Position numbers and translations under genes: made by a program. Below the pieces are notes generated by a model, which was given only the letters and a program-made list of their open reading frames with translations, did not search any database and was not told the DNA's origin. Of a stretch of DNA of 64,000 nt, positions 43,459-52,976 are shown piece by piece (positions within the stretch are counted from its first letter, which is position 1; each line of letters begins with the position of its first letter). This DNA comes from Acutalibacteraceae bacterium (lineage in GTDB: Bacteria; Bacillota; Clostridia; Oscillospirales; Acutalibacteraceae). The stretch is from the NCBI GenBank assembly GCA_045604525.1, contig JAZUOH010000005.1:53648-117647 (forward strand). The letters run 5' to 3'.

Positions 43459-44052
43459 TCAGTGATTCAGATACTCTTTTATCTCTTCAAAATCATTCTT
43501 AAACTGAACAGCGTTCATTCCTGCTTTCTCTGCACCCACAACGTTGTCCTGTCGGTCGTCAATAAACAGGCATTCTTCAGCTTTTAAACTGTACTTTTCA
43601 ATAAGATGCTCATAGATTCTTACATCGGGCTTTACGGTGTGCACGTCTGCCGAAACCACAACACCGTCAAAAAAATCGAGGTCAAAATAACGGGGAAAAT
43701 ATTTGTAAAAGCTCTTGTGTGCGTTTGACAGAACATAAGCTTTATATCCTTTTGCCTTTACATAATCGCAGAATTCCTTTGCGCCTTTAACGGGCACCAT
43801 ACATACGTCCCATTCGTCTGTGCATTTTCTCAAATCTGCGTGATGTTCCTGCGGCACTCTCTGCTTTATGCTTTCAAAAGCTTCGTCAACGCTGATGTTG
43901 CCCAGGTCAAGCTCAATCCATTCATCACCGCCGAAAAGCTCTTTGAGAATAACAGGCTTTGCTTCTTCGCTTATTCCGAGCATCTGCATTGATACCTGCG
44001 GATTGAAATCAAGCAGTACGTTTCCCATATCAAAAACAATGTTTTTAATCAT
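43459..44052 (-). CDS. HAD-superfamily hydrolase
   Basis: IVFDMGNVLL (DxG/DxD-type motif I), LSNA (motif II) and FIDD...N (motif IV). Confidence 0.8.
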   Translation of the reverse strand: MIKNIVFDMGNVLLDFNPQVSMQMLGISEEAKPVILKELFGGDEWIELDLGNISVDEAFESIKQRVPQEHHADLRKCTDEWDVCMVPVKGAKEFCDYVKAKGYKAYVLSNAHKSFYKYFPRYFDLDFFDGVVVSADVHTVKPDVRIYEHLIEKYSLKAEECLFIDDRQDNVVGAEKAGMNAVQFKNDFEEIKEYLNH

Positions 44053-44822
44053 AAAAGAAAACCCTTCGTTCTCTCAATAAACTGCTTTGTGTCAATGGTG
44101 TCAAGCTTGTGCGCATCTGTGCCTATATTGAAATATACACCGACTTCTCTGCCTATGTTGTACATTCTTCTGCAGAATTCGGGGTAGCCCGCCATTGCGT
44201 TAAGATTCAGCTCGAATGCAGTTTCAAACTCTTTGCCGAGAGTGAGCAAATCACCGATCTCGTTGTCGCTGAAGCAGTTGGGTACACTGCCTGCCTCAAA
44301 TCCGACGTTGAGCCTTTTGGAATTTGTCAGATATCTGTCGTGAAAAGGGTGCGCAATGCAGTCTGCTCTGCCCGATTTTATTAGGTTGGTCAGCGTTTCT
44401 ATAATATGATTTTTGTATCCCGCAGGGCTTGTATCTTCGGGCTGAATCCACGATGAAACGTGATAATGGTTTTGTGCCCACAGTCTGTAATCCAGCTCAA
44501 TATCGTTGTCCGAAAAGTTGAAATTGTTTGTGCCGTATGCTGAAAGCTCTGCACCGATAAGAAGCTTAACGGGCGAGTCAATTGTTTTTGCCTGCTCTCT
44601 GAGCATTGCAAGGCTTACTCTGAATTCGTCCTCGGTGTCAGCCTGAACGTGGTCGGTTACGGCTATCATCTCAAGTCCGCATTCCTCGGCTGTGCGCACA
44701 ATGTCGCAAAGCTTCATTTCAGGCTTTGCACAGCCGGAAAAAGCAGAGTGTATGTGCAGATTCTGTCTGCAGAGTATATCTAAATCATAAGTAGGTTCGT
44801 GAAAATACATATTGCTGTTCAC
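44049..44822 (-). CDS. PHP-domain phosphoesterase (histidinol-phosphatase-like)
   Basis: LHIHSAFSGC...MIAVTDHV...IAHPF...GTDAH motifs. There is a 4-nt overlap with the downstream HAD gene. Confidence 0.7.
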   Translation of the reverse strand: MNSNMYFHEPTYDLDILCRQNLHIHSAFSGCAKPEMKLCDIVRTAEECGLEMIAVTDHVQADTEDEFRVSLAMLREQAKTIDSPVKLLIGAELSAYGTNNFNFSDNDIELDYRLWAQNHYHVSSWIQPEDTSPAGYKNHIIETLTNLIKSGRADCIAHPFHDRYLTNSKRLNVGFEAGSVPNCFSDNEIGDLLTLGKEFETAFELNLNAMAGYPEFCRRMYNIGREVGVYFNIGTDAHKLDTIDTKQFIERTKGFLL

Positions 44823-45000
44823 TCCAAAAATATATTTAACTTATTCATAATAACTTATTTCACAGCAAAAATAAAGAACAATATATTAAAATCATAAATT
44901 TTCTTTTAAATTCCAAAAAAGAATAATAACTTGACAAAGCGTGATTATAATCGCAAATGGATAGAGTTCGTCAAATTTCTACATTTAAGGAGGAGTCCTT

Positions 45001-46743
45001 ATGACGTTTATGAATGTTGCTACGCTTTTCGGCGGCCTTGCGTTCTTCCTTTTCGGTATGAGCACAATGGGCGATGCGCTTGAAAAAAGTGCCGGTAACC
45101 AGCTGAAAACAATTCTGGGAAAGCTGACCTCAAATAAGTTCAAAGGCTTTCTTCTCGGTCTTATTGTCACAGCTGTTATTCAGTCGTCTTCCGCTACAAC
45201 GGTTATGGTTGTCGGCTTTGTCAACTCGGGCATTATGCAGCTCAGCCAGGCTGTCGGTGTCATTATGGGTGCTAACCTCGGCACATCCGTCACTGCCTGG
45301 ATTCTCAGCTTGACGGGTATTGAGAGCGATAATTTCTGGGTTTCACTCTTTAAACCGGAAACCTTTACACCTGTGCTTGCGCTTATAGGTATTATCCTTT
45401 ATATGTTTTCCAAAAAAGCAAAGCGCAAGGATGTCGGCGTTATTCTGCTTGGCTTTGCCATTCTTATGTTCGGTATGGAAACAATGTCCGATGCGGTCAA
45501 ACCTCTTACTGAGCTTGATTGGTTTAAGAATGCGCTTGTTCTGTTTACAAATCCTGTTCTCGGTATGCTTATGGGTACTGTTGTTACCGCTGTAATTCAG
45601 TCCTCCTCTGCATCTGTCGGTATCCTTCAGGCTCTTACACTTACCGGCAGTATCAGCTATCTGACAGCAATCCCGATTATCATGGGTCAGAATATCGGTA
45701 CCTGTGTCAGTGCAATTATCTCCTGCGCCGGTGCCAACAAAAACGCAAAGCGTGCCGCATTTATTCACCTTTATTTCAATGTAATTGCTACGGTAATTCT
45801 GCTTACCGCTTTTTATGGTATAACCTCTGCTGTGAATATTCCGATTCTTGATGCCGCTGCAAATCCGCTTGGCATAGCAGTTGTTCATACAGGCTTTAAA
45901 ATAGTTGCTCTTTGCATTCTGTTCCCGATGTCAAATCTTCTTGTTAAGCTTGCTTGCCTTACTGTTAAGGATAAAGGCGAGGACGAGAAAACACAGCTTC
46001 TTGACGAACGTCTTTTCAGTACACCTGCAGTTGCAATTGCGCAAAGCCGCAACGTTACCGTTGCTATGGCTCAGCTCAGCAAAAACACACTTCTTGATGC
46101 AATGCGGATGCTTACCGAATATGATGAAAAGGTTGCCGAAACCATACGTAAGGGCGAGAAAAAAGCCGATATGTATGAGGATACAATCGGCGGTTATCTT
46201 GTAAAGCTCAGCACACATAATCTTACAGACGAAGACAGCCGTGAATTGTCAATGCAGCTTCATCTTATCGGCGACCTTGAACGTCTTAGTGACCACGCTC
46301 TCAACATTCTTGAATCTGCTGAAGAGCTTAAGGAAAAGAAGATGTCCTTCTCCGGTGCAGCAAAGAAAGAAATGCAGAATATTGTTGCCGCAACAACAGA
46401 AATTCTGGCCCTTTCATACGATGCACTTGCAAATAACAATCTCGAAAGTGCCGCTCTCGTAGAGCCGCTCGAGCAGGTTATTGATGTGCTTAAAGAGGAT
46501 ATGAAGCATGGCCATATCGAGCGTCTTCGTAAGAATGAGTGCACAATCGAGCAGGGCTTTGTTTTCAACGACCTTATCACAAACCTTGAGCGTGTTTCCG
46601 ACCACTGCTCAAATATTGCCGCCTGTGTTACCGAAACTGCTCACGCAAGGTTTGATATGCACAGATTTGTACGCAATATGAAGAAAGATTCCGAAGAATT
46701 CGACGTAAAATACAACGAATTCCTCGGAAAATACTCAGTATAA
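45001..46743 (+). CDS. Na+/phosphate cotransporter family protein with C-terminal PhoU-like repeats
   Basis: Duplicated QSSSATT/QSSSASV motifs in the membrane domain and two PhoU-like helical repeats (ERLSDHA, ERVSDHC) in the C-terminus. Confidence 0.85.
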   Translation: MTFMNVATLFGGLAFFLFGMSTMGDALEKSAGNQLKTILGKLTSNKFKGFLLGLIVTAVIQSSSATTVMVVGFVNSGIMQLSQAVGVIMGANLGTSVTAWILSLTGIESDNFWVSLFKPETFTPVLALIGIILYMFSKKAKRKDVGVILLGFAILMFGMETMSDAVKPLTELDWFKNALVLFTNPVLGMLMGTVVTAVIQSSSASVGILQALTLTGSISYLTAIPIIMGQNIGTCVSAIISCAGANKNAKRAAFIHLYFNVIATVILLTAFYGITSAVNIPILDAAANPLGIAVVHTGFKIVALCILFPMSNLLVKLACLTVKDKGEDEKTQLLDERLFSTPAVAIAQSRNVTVAMAQLSKNTLLDAMRMLTEYDEKVAETIRKGEKKADMYEDTIGGYLVKLSTHNLTDEDSRELSMQLHLIGDLERLSDHALNILESAEELKEKKMSFSGAAKKEMQNIVAATTEILALSYDALANNNLESAALVEPLEQVIDVLKEDMKHGHIERLRKNECTIEQGFVFNDLITNLERVSDHCSNIAACVTETAHARFDMHRFVRNMKKDSEEFDVKYNEFLGKYSV

Positions 46744-46746
46744 TAT

Positions 46747-48033
46747 TCAGATTATTTCACCTTCACAGCTGTCGTTGTCGGCGGCTGTGATTTTTACTTT
46801 GTAATAGCATCCGCACTCGGCACCGCTCTTAATTTTAACCGGTGTGTAGTTTGCAGTGTAGCCTGTGCAGACTCCGTTTTCATCCTTGGTTTCTGCGAGC
46901 ACTTCAATGGTTTTGCCAATCTGCTTTTGCAGGAATTCGGCACGCACTTTGTTCGTCAGCTCTATCATTTTGTGTGCACGCTCTTCCTTTGTTTTGCGGT
47001 CAAGCTGATTCGGAAATTCTGCGGCTCTCGTGCCCTTGCGCTGTGAATAGGGGAATACGTGCACCTTTTCAAAGCCTATCTTTTCAGCGAAGGTAAGCGA
47101 TTTTTCAAATTCTTCTTCCGTTTCGCCTGCAAAGCCAACCATAATATCTGTTGTTATTGTGCAGTCCTCAAAGCTTGAACGCAGTGAATTGCAAATTCTC
47201 TCATATTCATCTGCATCATAATGTCTGTTCATTCGTCTAAGCGTTTCGGTGCAGCCGCTCTGCAGGGAAATATGAAACTGCGGGCAAAGCTTTGGCTCTG
47301 TCTTTAAGCCGGCAATCATTTCGTCTGTCATGTGGTCGGGCTCAAGTGAACCGAGTCGCACCCTTTTAATCTCCGGCACTGCACAAACTGCCGCAACAGC
47401 ATCGCAAAGTGAAAGTGAGCAGTCTGTACCGTATGAAGAAAGGTTGATGCCCACGAGCACAATTTCGCTGTAGCCGTTAGCTGCAAGTGCTTCGGCTTCT
47501 TTTTTTATTTCTTCAAGCGGCTTTGAACGCACTCTGCCTCTGGCATAAGGTATGATGCAGTATGAGCAGAATCGGGTGCAGCCGTCCTCAATTTTAATTG
47601 CCGCCCTTGTTCTTTCGTCAAAGCTGTTGATGCTGCAGGGGGCAAATACCTCATCTTTTTCGTGCTGAATTATATCTATTTCACGGTTGCGGCTTTGCAT
47701 GAATTCTTTTATTTTTTGAGGTATTTCCGCATTGTTTCTGTTGCCTGCAACAATGTCGGCGCATTCAAGCTCTGCGGCGGCAACAGGATATGCCTGGGGC
47801 ATACAGCCTGTCAGCACAACTATGCTCTCGGGGTGCTGACGTTTGAAGCGTCTTACAGCCTGCCTTGTCTTTTTGTCGCTCTCTGCGGTTACTGTGCAGG
47901 AGTTTATGATGTACACGTCGGCTTCTTCACTGCAGGGCACGGTCATAAAGCCCTCGCGTGCGAGGGCTTCGCTGAGTGCCTGCGTTTCATATTGGTTTAC
48001 TTTACAGCCGAGTGTATAAAATGCCGCTTTCAT
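46747..48033 (-). CDS. mtaB: tRNA (t6A37) methylthiotransferase
   Basis: FYTLGCKVNQYE, NSCTVT and TGCM (N-terminal Cys triad), the radical-SAM motif CTRFCSYC, and ~430 aa without a long TRAM extension, typical of MtaB. Confidence 0.85.
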   Translation of the reverse strand: MKAAFYTLGCKVNQYETQALSEALAREGFMTVPCSEEADVYIINSCTVTAESDKKTRQAVRRFKRQHPESIVVLTGCMPQAYPVAAAELECADIVAGNRNNAEIPQKIKEFMQSRNREIDIIQHEKDEVFAPCSINSFDERTRAAIKIEDGCTRFCSYCIIPYARGRVRSKPLEEIKKEAEALAANGYSEIVLVGINLSSYGTDCSLSLCDAVAAVCAVPEIKRVRLGSLEPDHMTDEMIAGLKTEPKLCPQFHISLQSGCTETLRRMNRHYDADEYERICNSLRSSFEDCTITTDIMVGFAGETEEEFEKSLTFAEKIGFEKVHVFPYSQRKGTRAAEFPNQLDRKTKEERAHKMIELTNKVRAEFLQKQIGKTIEVLAETKDENGVCTGYTANYTPVKIKSGAECGCYYKVKITAADNDSCEGEII

Positions 48034-48161
48034 AGCTTTTCTCCTTTGAAAAGTATCACTAAACTAAAATTATACTCTAAAGTTATACTTTTAGCAACAA
48101 GTAATTTATCAAAGATATATATCATATAGTTTACCGATGATATTTAAAGGGGAGATATGAA

Positions 48162-49355
48162 TTGAAAAACAAGCTGTTGAAACTGCTTTCTTTTGTTTTT
48201 TGTGCGGCTTTGATTGTGCCTTTCTGCGCTGTTGCGGCTGATTCTGCCGAAAATGCGGGGATGCCCGTTACCGTCAATGCTAAATCTGCTGTGCTTGTTG
48301 ATGTTTCAAGCGGTAAAGTGCTTGCCGCAATGAATGAGCATGAGCGGCTTTACCCTGCTTCCGTTACGAAAATTATGACGCTTCTGCTCGTTATGGAGGC
48401 GATTGATGCGGGTACGCTCAATCTTAACGATACCGTTACGGCAAGCCCGACTGCTGCAGCAAAGGGCGGCTCGCAGATATGGCTGAAAGAGGGCGAATCA
48501 ATGACGGTTGACGAGCTGCTTCGTGCAACTGCAATTTACAGCGCAAACGATGCCTGCGAAGCCCTCGGCGAGCATATTGCAGGCAGTGAAGAGGCTCTTG
48601 TGTCTATGCTTAATAAACGTGCCGCAGAGCTTGGTATGGCAAATACTCATTTCGATAATTGCACAGGCCTTGACGATACCACAACTACTCACCTCACTAC
48701 TGCTTATGATATTGCGCTGATGTCGGTTGAGCTTTTAAAGCACGACCTTATACGCAAATATACAACCGTGTGGATGGATTCGCTACGTGACGGTGCAACT
48801 CAGCTTGTGAACACAAATAAGCTTGTGCGGTTTTATGACGGTGCAACGGGGCTCAAAACAGGCACAACCGCAAAAGCTGGCTGCTGTGTTGCGGCATCTG
48901 CCGAAAGGGGAGGTACGCACCTTGTTGCCGTTGTTATGGGAAGCCCCACGAGTGATGACCGCTTCGGTGCCGCAAAAGCACTGCTCAATTGGGGCTTTGC
49001 AAATTATGAAACAGCTTCGCCTGTCCCTGATTCATCACTTCTTGCTGACGTAACGGTTATCGGCGGATACAAAGACAGCTTTACTCCAACTGTGGAATCT
49101 CCGAAGCCTATGCTTCTGAAAAAAGGCAGTGCGGAGAAATTGGAGCAGACTGCCGAGCTTGCAACCGATGTGCAGGCACCTGTTGCCGCAGGTGAAAGAG
49201 TCGGCACGCTGACCTTTTCGCTTGACGGTGAAATTATAGCCGAATATCCGATAGTTTCACCCGAGGAAATAAAAGAGCTCGACTTTCTTGAGGTTTTGCG
49301 TCGTTTTTTAAGTTCTTTTGCAAGCTTTACAAAAGCAAAGGTGTCAAAGCAGTGA
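48162..49355 (+). CDS. D-alanyl-D-alanine carboxypeptidase (PBP5/S11 family)
   Basis: A signal peptide, then SVTK (SxxK), SAN (SxN) and KTGTT (KTG) in the correct order and spacing. Confidence 0.85.
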   Translation: MKNKLLKLLSFVFCAALIVPFCAVAADSAENAGMPVTVNAKSAVLVDVSSGKVLAAMNEHERLYPASVTKIMTLLLVMEAIDAGTLNLNDTVTASPTAAAKGGSQIWLKEGESMTVDELLRATAIYSANDACEALGEHIAGSEEALVSMLNKRAAELGMANTHFDNCTGLDDTTTTHLTTAYDIALMSVELLKHDLIRKYTTVWMDSLRDGATQLVNTNKLVRFYDGATGLKTGTTAKAGCCVAASAERGGTHLVAVVMGSPTSDDRFGAAKALLNWGFANYETASPVPDSSLLADVTVIGGYKDSFTPTVESPKPMLLKKGSAEKLEQTAELATDVQAPVAAGERVGTLTFSLDGEIIAEYPIVSPEEIKELDFLEVLRRFLSSFASFTKAKVSKQ

Positions 49356-49394
49356 AAAAATATTAAATTTGTTAAAAAAATTAGCGTTTTTGTC

Positions 49395-49423
49395 TTGCAA
49401 TAAGATTATTTTTCGGTTAAAAT
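49395..49423 (+). promoter_or_regulatory. Candidate sigma-A promoter for pgi
   Basis: TTGCAA (49395-49400), a 17-bp spacer, then TAAAAT (49418-49423). Confidence 0.5.
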
Positions 49424-49489
49424 AACAGTAATAATATTCAGTTTTAAAGGAGAGCGGCATATAAGCAAAGTGCCGCAAGCGCAAAACCT

Positions 49490-50827
49490 ATGGCAATCAA
49501 GTTAAACAGTTCCTACGCAGGCGAAAGAGCATCAGCTGCAGAGCTTGCAAAAATCGAAGCAGAAATCGTAAATGCACACCAGATGCTTCACGATGGCACC
49601 GGTAAGGGAAGCGACTTCCTCGGTTGGGTAGACCTGCCTGTCAATTACGATAAGGCAGAGTTTGAAGCTATCAAAAAGGCGGCCGACAAAATCAAGTCCG
49701 ATTCTAAGGTGCTTGTCGTTATCGGCATCGGCGGTTCATATCTCGGTGCTCGTGCGGCTATCGAGTTCTGCAAATCATCAAACTATAATCTTCTTGCCAA
49801 AGATACCCCGCAGATTTTATTTACGGGCAACACGATCAGCTCTTCCTCGCTTGCCGAGGTTATGAGCCTTGTCGAAGGCAAGGATTTTTCCGTAAACGTT
49901 ATCTCCAAGAGCGGTACCACAACGGAGCCTGCAGTTGCTTTCCGTGTATTCAAAGGGCTTCTCGAAAAGAAGTACGGCAAGGCTGAGGCTGCAAAGCGCA
50001 TCTATGTCACAACAGATAAGGCAAAGGGCACTCTCAAATCTCTTGCAGACAAAGAGGGCTACCAGACCTTTGTTGTGCCCGATGACGTAGGCGGCCGTTA
50101 CTCCGTTCTTACCGCCGTCGGTCTGCTTCCCATTGCAGCCGCAGGTATAGATATTGACGCACTCATGCAGGGTGCGGCAGATGCCAGAGAGAAATATTCC
50201 GTCCCCTCACTCGAAAACGATTGCTACAAGTATGCTGCAATCCGCAACCTTCTTTACCGTGCAGGCAAAAAGGTTGAAATGTTCGTCAGCTACGAGCCTT
50301 CCTTCACTCTTATGTGCGAGTGGCTCAAGCAGCTTTACGGCGAAAGCGAGGGTAAGGAGAATAAGGGCATCTATCCTTCCTCAGCGATTTATTCCACCGA
50401 CCTTCATTCACTCGGCCAGTACGTGCAGGAGGGCGAGAGAATGCTGTTCGAAACAGTGGTATATTTCGATAAACCCAAGACCGATGTCAGCATTGAGGCT
50501 GACCCCGAAAATGTTGACGGTCTTAACTTCCTCGCAGGTAAAACGGTTTCTTTCGTAAACCGCAAGGCCTTCGAGGGCACACTCCTTGCACATACCGACG
50601 GCGATGTGCCCAACATCGTGCTTGAGGTTGAGCAGATGGATGAGTATAACCTGGGTGAGCTCATCTACTTCTTTGAGAAGGCTTGTGCAATTTCAGGCTA
50701 TGTGCTCGGCGTAAACCCCTTCGACCAGCCCGGTGTAGAAAGCTACAAGAAGAATATGTTCGCACTGCTCGGTAAGCCCGGCTATGAGGACATGAAAGCA
50801 GAGCTGGAAGCAAAACTCAATGGTTAA
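49490..50827 (+). CDS. pgi: Glucose-6-phosphate isomerase
   Basis: [24 protein letters not shown] and GGRYS motifs. ~445-aa Firmicute-type PGI. Confidence 0.95.
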   Translation: MAIKLNSSYAGERASAAELAKIEAEIVNAHQMLHDGTGKGSDFLGWVDLPVNYDKAEFEAIKKAADKIKSDSKVLVVIGIGGSYLGARAAIEFCKSSNYNLLAKDTPQILFTGNTISSSSLAEVMSLVEGKDFSVNVISKSGTTTEPAVAFRVFKGLLEKKYGKAEAAKRIYVTTDKAKGTLKSLADKEGYQTFVVPDDVGGRYSVLTAVGLLPIAAAGIDIDALMQGAADAREKYSVPSLENDCYKYAAIRNLLYRAGKKVEMFVSYEPSFTLMCEWLKQLYGESEGKENKGIYPSSAIYSTDLHSLGQYVQEGERMLFETVVYFDKPKTDVSIEADPENVDGLNFLAGKTVSFVNRKAFEGTLLAHTDGDVPNIVLEVEQMDEYNLGELIYFFEKACAISGYVLGVNPFDQPGVESYKKNMFALLGKPGYEDMKAELEAKLNG

Positions 50828-50848
50828 TAATATAAAGGAGCGATTACT

Positions 50849-51265
50849 ATGGTAAAACTTATTCTCGGCCACAAGGGCGCAGGCAAAACAAAGAAGCTTA
50901 TTGAGCTTGTCAACGCAGCAGTTGAAAACTCAAACGGCAATGTTGTCTGCATCGAAAAGGAGTCGGCACTCACTTATGATATTACACACCGCTGCAGACT
51001 CACAGCGACCGACAATTATAAAGTAAGCGGCTATGATGCATACTACGGCTTCCTCTGCGGTATCTTTGCAGGTGACCACGACATCACAGACATTTTTGCA
51101 GATGCAACTCTTCGCATTGGCGGCAGAAACTATGACGAGCTTGCAGATTTCCTTCTCAAGGTTGCAGAGCTTTCCAAGAAGGAAGATAAGGACGTTACTT
51201 TCACCGTTTCCGCCGATAAGGAAGAAATTCCCGCAAAGGTATTTGAGGTTTGCGAAGTCCTGTAA
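50849..51265 (+). CDS. Small P-loop (Walker A) protein of unknown function
   Basis: MVKLILGHKGAGKTKKLIE is a Walker A-like GxxGxGKT. RBS AAAGGAG. 138 aa. No family recognised. Confidence 0.5.
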   Translation: MVKLILGHKGAGKTKKLIELVNAAVENSNGNVVCIEKESALTYDITHRCRLTATDNYKVSGYDAYYGFLCGIFAGDHDITDIFADATLRIGGRNYDELADFLLKVAELSKKEDKDVTFTVSADKEEIPAKVFEVCEVL

Positions 51266-51281
51266 AAAAATAAATTTTTTC

Positions 51282-51310
51282 TTGACAAAGCACGACTAAA
51301 CAGATATAAT
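51282..51310 (+). promoter_or_regulatory. Sigma-A promoter for yceD-rpmF
   Basis: TTGACA (51282-51287), a 17-bp spacer, then TATAAT (51305-51310). Confidence 0.6.
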
Positions 51311-51369
51311 AATCGTTGTGTGTTATTTGGCACGGTGCTCGTGTACCCTTTTCGGAGGTATAAACAAAG

Positions 51370-51873
51370 GTGTTTATTGAGCTTGAACCGATTTTTAACA
51401 ACATAGGCGAAAGGCTGGAAATCGATTACGACCTCGATTTATCGTCGCTTGAGATTTCTACGTTCTATCCCTTTGCCGCACCCGTCAGGGTTAAGGGCAG
51501 TGTTTTCAACAAGGCCGGCATTGTTCAGCTTGTTGCAGAGGCAGCCTTTACTTATTCCGCACCTTGCGACCGTTGCGCCGCACACACAGAAAAAAATCTT
51601 ACAATCCCCGTTGACCACGTTCTTGTTACCTCGCTCAACGATGAGGAGAACGACGAGCTGATTCTTGTCGAGTCACTGCGTTTCAACCTTGATGAGCTTG
51701 TTACGGAGGATATTTTGCTCGGCTTGCCGACAAGGCATCTGTGCAAAGAAGATTGCAAGGGTGTTTGTCAGTATTGCGGCAAAAACCTTAATCACGACTC
51801 ATGCAGTTGTTCTGCGCCCATAGACCCTCGTCTTGCGGCATTACAGCAGCTGTTGAATAATAACGATGAGTAG
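51370..51873 (+). CDS. yceD: YceD/DUF177 family protein (large-subunit ribosome assembly-associated)
   Basis: C.R.L......D......C.E.C.G.C..CG.NLN...C.C motif at the C-terminus. It lies directly upstream of rpmF, as in most bacteria. Confidence 0.85.
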   Translation: MFIELEPIFNNIGERLEIDYDLDLSSLEISTFYPFAAPVRVKGSVFNKAGIVQLVAEAAFTYSAPCDRCAAHTEKNLTIPVDHVLVTSLNDEENDELILVESLRFNLDELVTEDILLGLPTRHLCKEDCKGVCQYCGKNLNHDSCSCSAPIDPRLAALQQLLNNNDE

Positions 51874-51902
51874 AAGTTACACACCAGCAAGGAGGTTCCG
51901 AA

Positions 51903-52085
51903 ATGGCAGTTCCGAAGAGAAGAGTCTCTAAGGCAAGAAGAGACAAGAGACGCAGCAGCGTTTGGAAGCTTAATGCACCTGAGCTCGTCAAGTGCCCCAA
52001 GTGCGGCGAGTACAAGAGACCGCACAGACTGTGTGCTAATTGTGGTTACTACAATGGCAGACAGGTAGTTGAAACAGAGGCATAA
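51903..52085 (+). CDS. rpmF: 50S ribosomal protein L32
   Basis: [17 protein letters not shown]...CP.CGE...PHR.C..CG.Y. Confidence 0.95.
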   Translation: MAVPKRRVSKARRDKRRSSVWKLNAPELVKCPKCGEYKRPHRLCANCGYYNGRQVVETEA

Positions 52086-52097
52086 GCTTTAGGCTTT

Positions 52098-52140
52098 AAG
52101 GCAGAGAGGTGATTATTATCCTCCCTGCCTTTTGCTTTTT
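52098..52140 (+). terminator. Intrinsic terminator after rpmF
   Basis: AAGGCAGAGAGG ... CCTCCCTGCCTT (one mismatch), followed by TTTGCTTTTT. Confidence 0.7.
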
Positions 52141-52278
52141 GCGGATGAATTTTACGTTCTTCTGCGTTGCTGCGGACTTGAAATATAAAAATATGTCTGC
52201 GTCCTTGCTCCTTGAATAACGCAAAATTCATCACGCAAAACCGTATTCTTAAAAATCCTTGAATAAAAGGTGATTTTA

Positions 52279-52956
52279 ATGAGCATTTTCTGTTGGGATT
52301 TTGACGGCACTTTGGCTTGTTCCGAGCATCTTTGGAGCGGCAGTGTGTTTCGTGCACTTAACGAGACTGTAGAAAATCACAATGTCACTTTTCAGGATAT
52401 CAGACGATGCAACGCAAGCGGTTTTACCTGGCACACCCCCGAAAAGGATTTCACAAATCTTGTCGGCGACAAGTGGTGGGAGTTTATGAATGCTCATTTT
52501 TATAACAGCTTCATTTCGCTTGGTATCAGTGAATCTCAAGCAAAGACCGCAAGCGAAAAAGTGCGTGAAATAATAATGCTTCCGTCAAATTACAGCTTGT
52601 TTGAGGATTCGGTTTATACACTTAAAACAGCAAAAGAAAAAGGACACAAAAATATAATTCTTTCAAATAACTATCCCGAGCTTCAGCAAATAACTGATGC
52701 TCTGGATATTACTCAGTATTTTGATATTCTTGTGATTTCGGGCCTTGTAGGTTATGATAAGCCCAGAAAAGAAATATTCGATATCGCAAAATCCTTTTGC
52801 AAAAACGAAAACTATGTTATGATAGGTGATAATCCCGTTGCCGATATTCTCGGCGGTAAAGCGGCTGGTATGACCACCGTTTTAGTCCACAAGGGCTATG
52901 ATGAAAATGCGGATTATTGCTTTGATAACCTTACCGATATATGTTCGATTATGTGA
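52279..52956 (+). CDS. HAD-superfamily hydrolase
   Basis: CWDFDGTL (motif I), ILSNN (motif II), K....F and MIGDN..DI (motif IV). The start is moved to ATG 52279, after AGGTGA. Confidence 0.75.
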   Translation: MSIFCWDFDGTLACSEHLWSGSVFRALNETVENHNVTFQDIRRCNASGFTWHTPEKDFTNLVGDKWWEFMNAHFYNSFISLGISESQAKTASEKVREIIMLPSNYSLFEDSVYTLKTAKEKGHKNIILSNNYPELQQITDALDITQYFDILVISGLVGYDKPRKEIFDIAKSFCKNENYVMIGDNPVADILGGKAAGMTTVLVHKGYDENADYCFDNLTDICSIM

Positions 52957-52976
52957 ATAAAGGCAGGTGACCGGGT

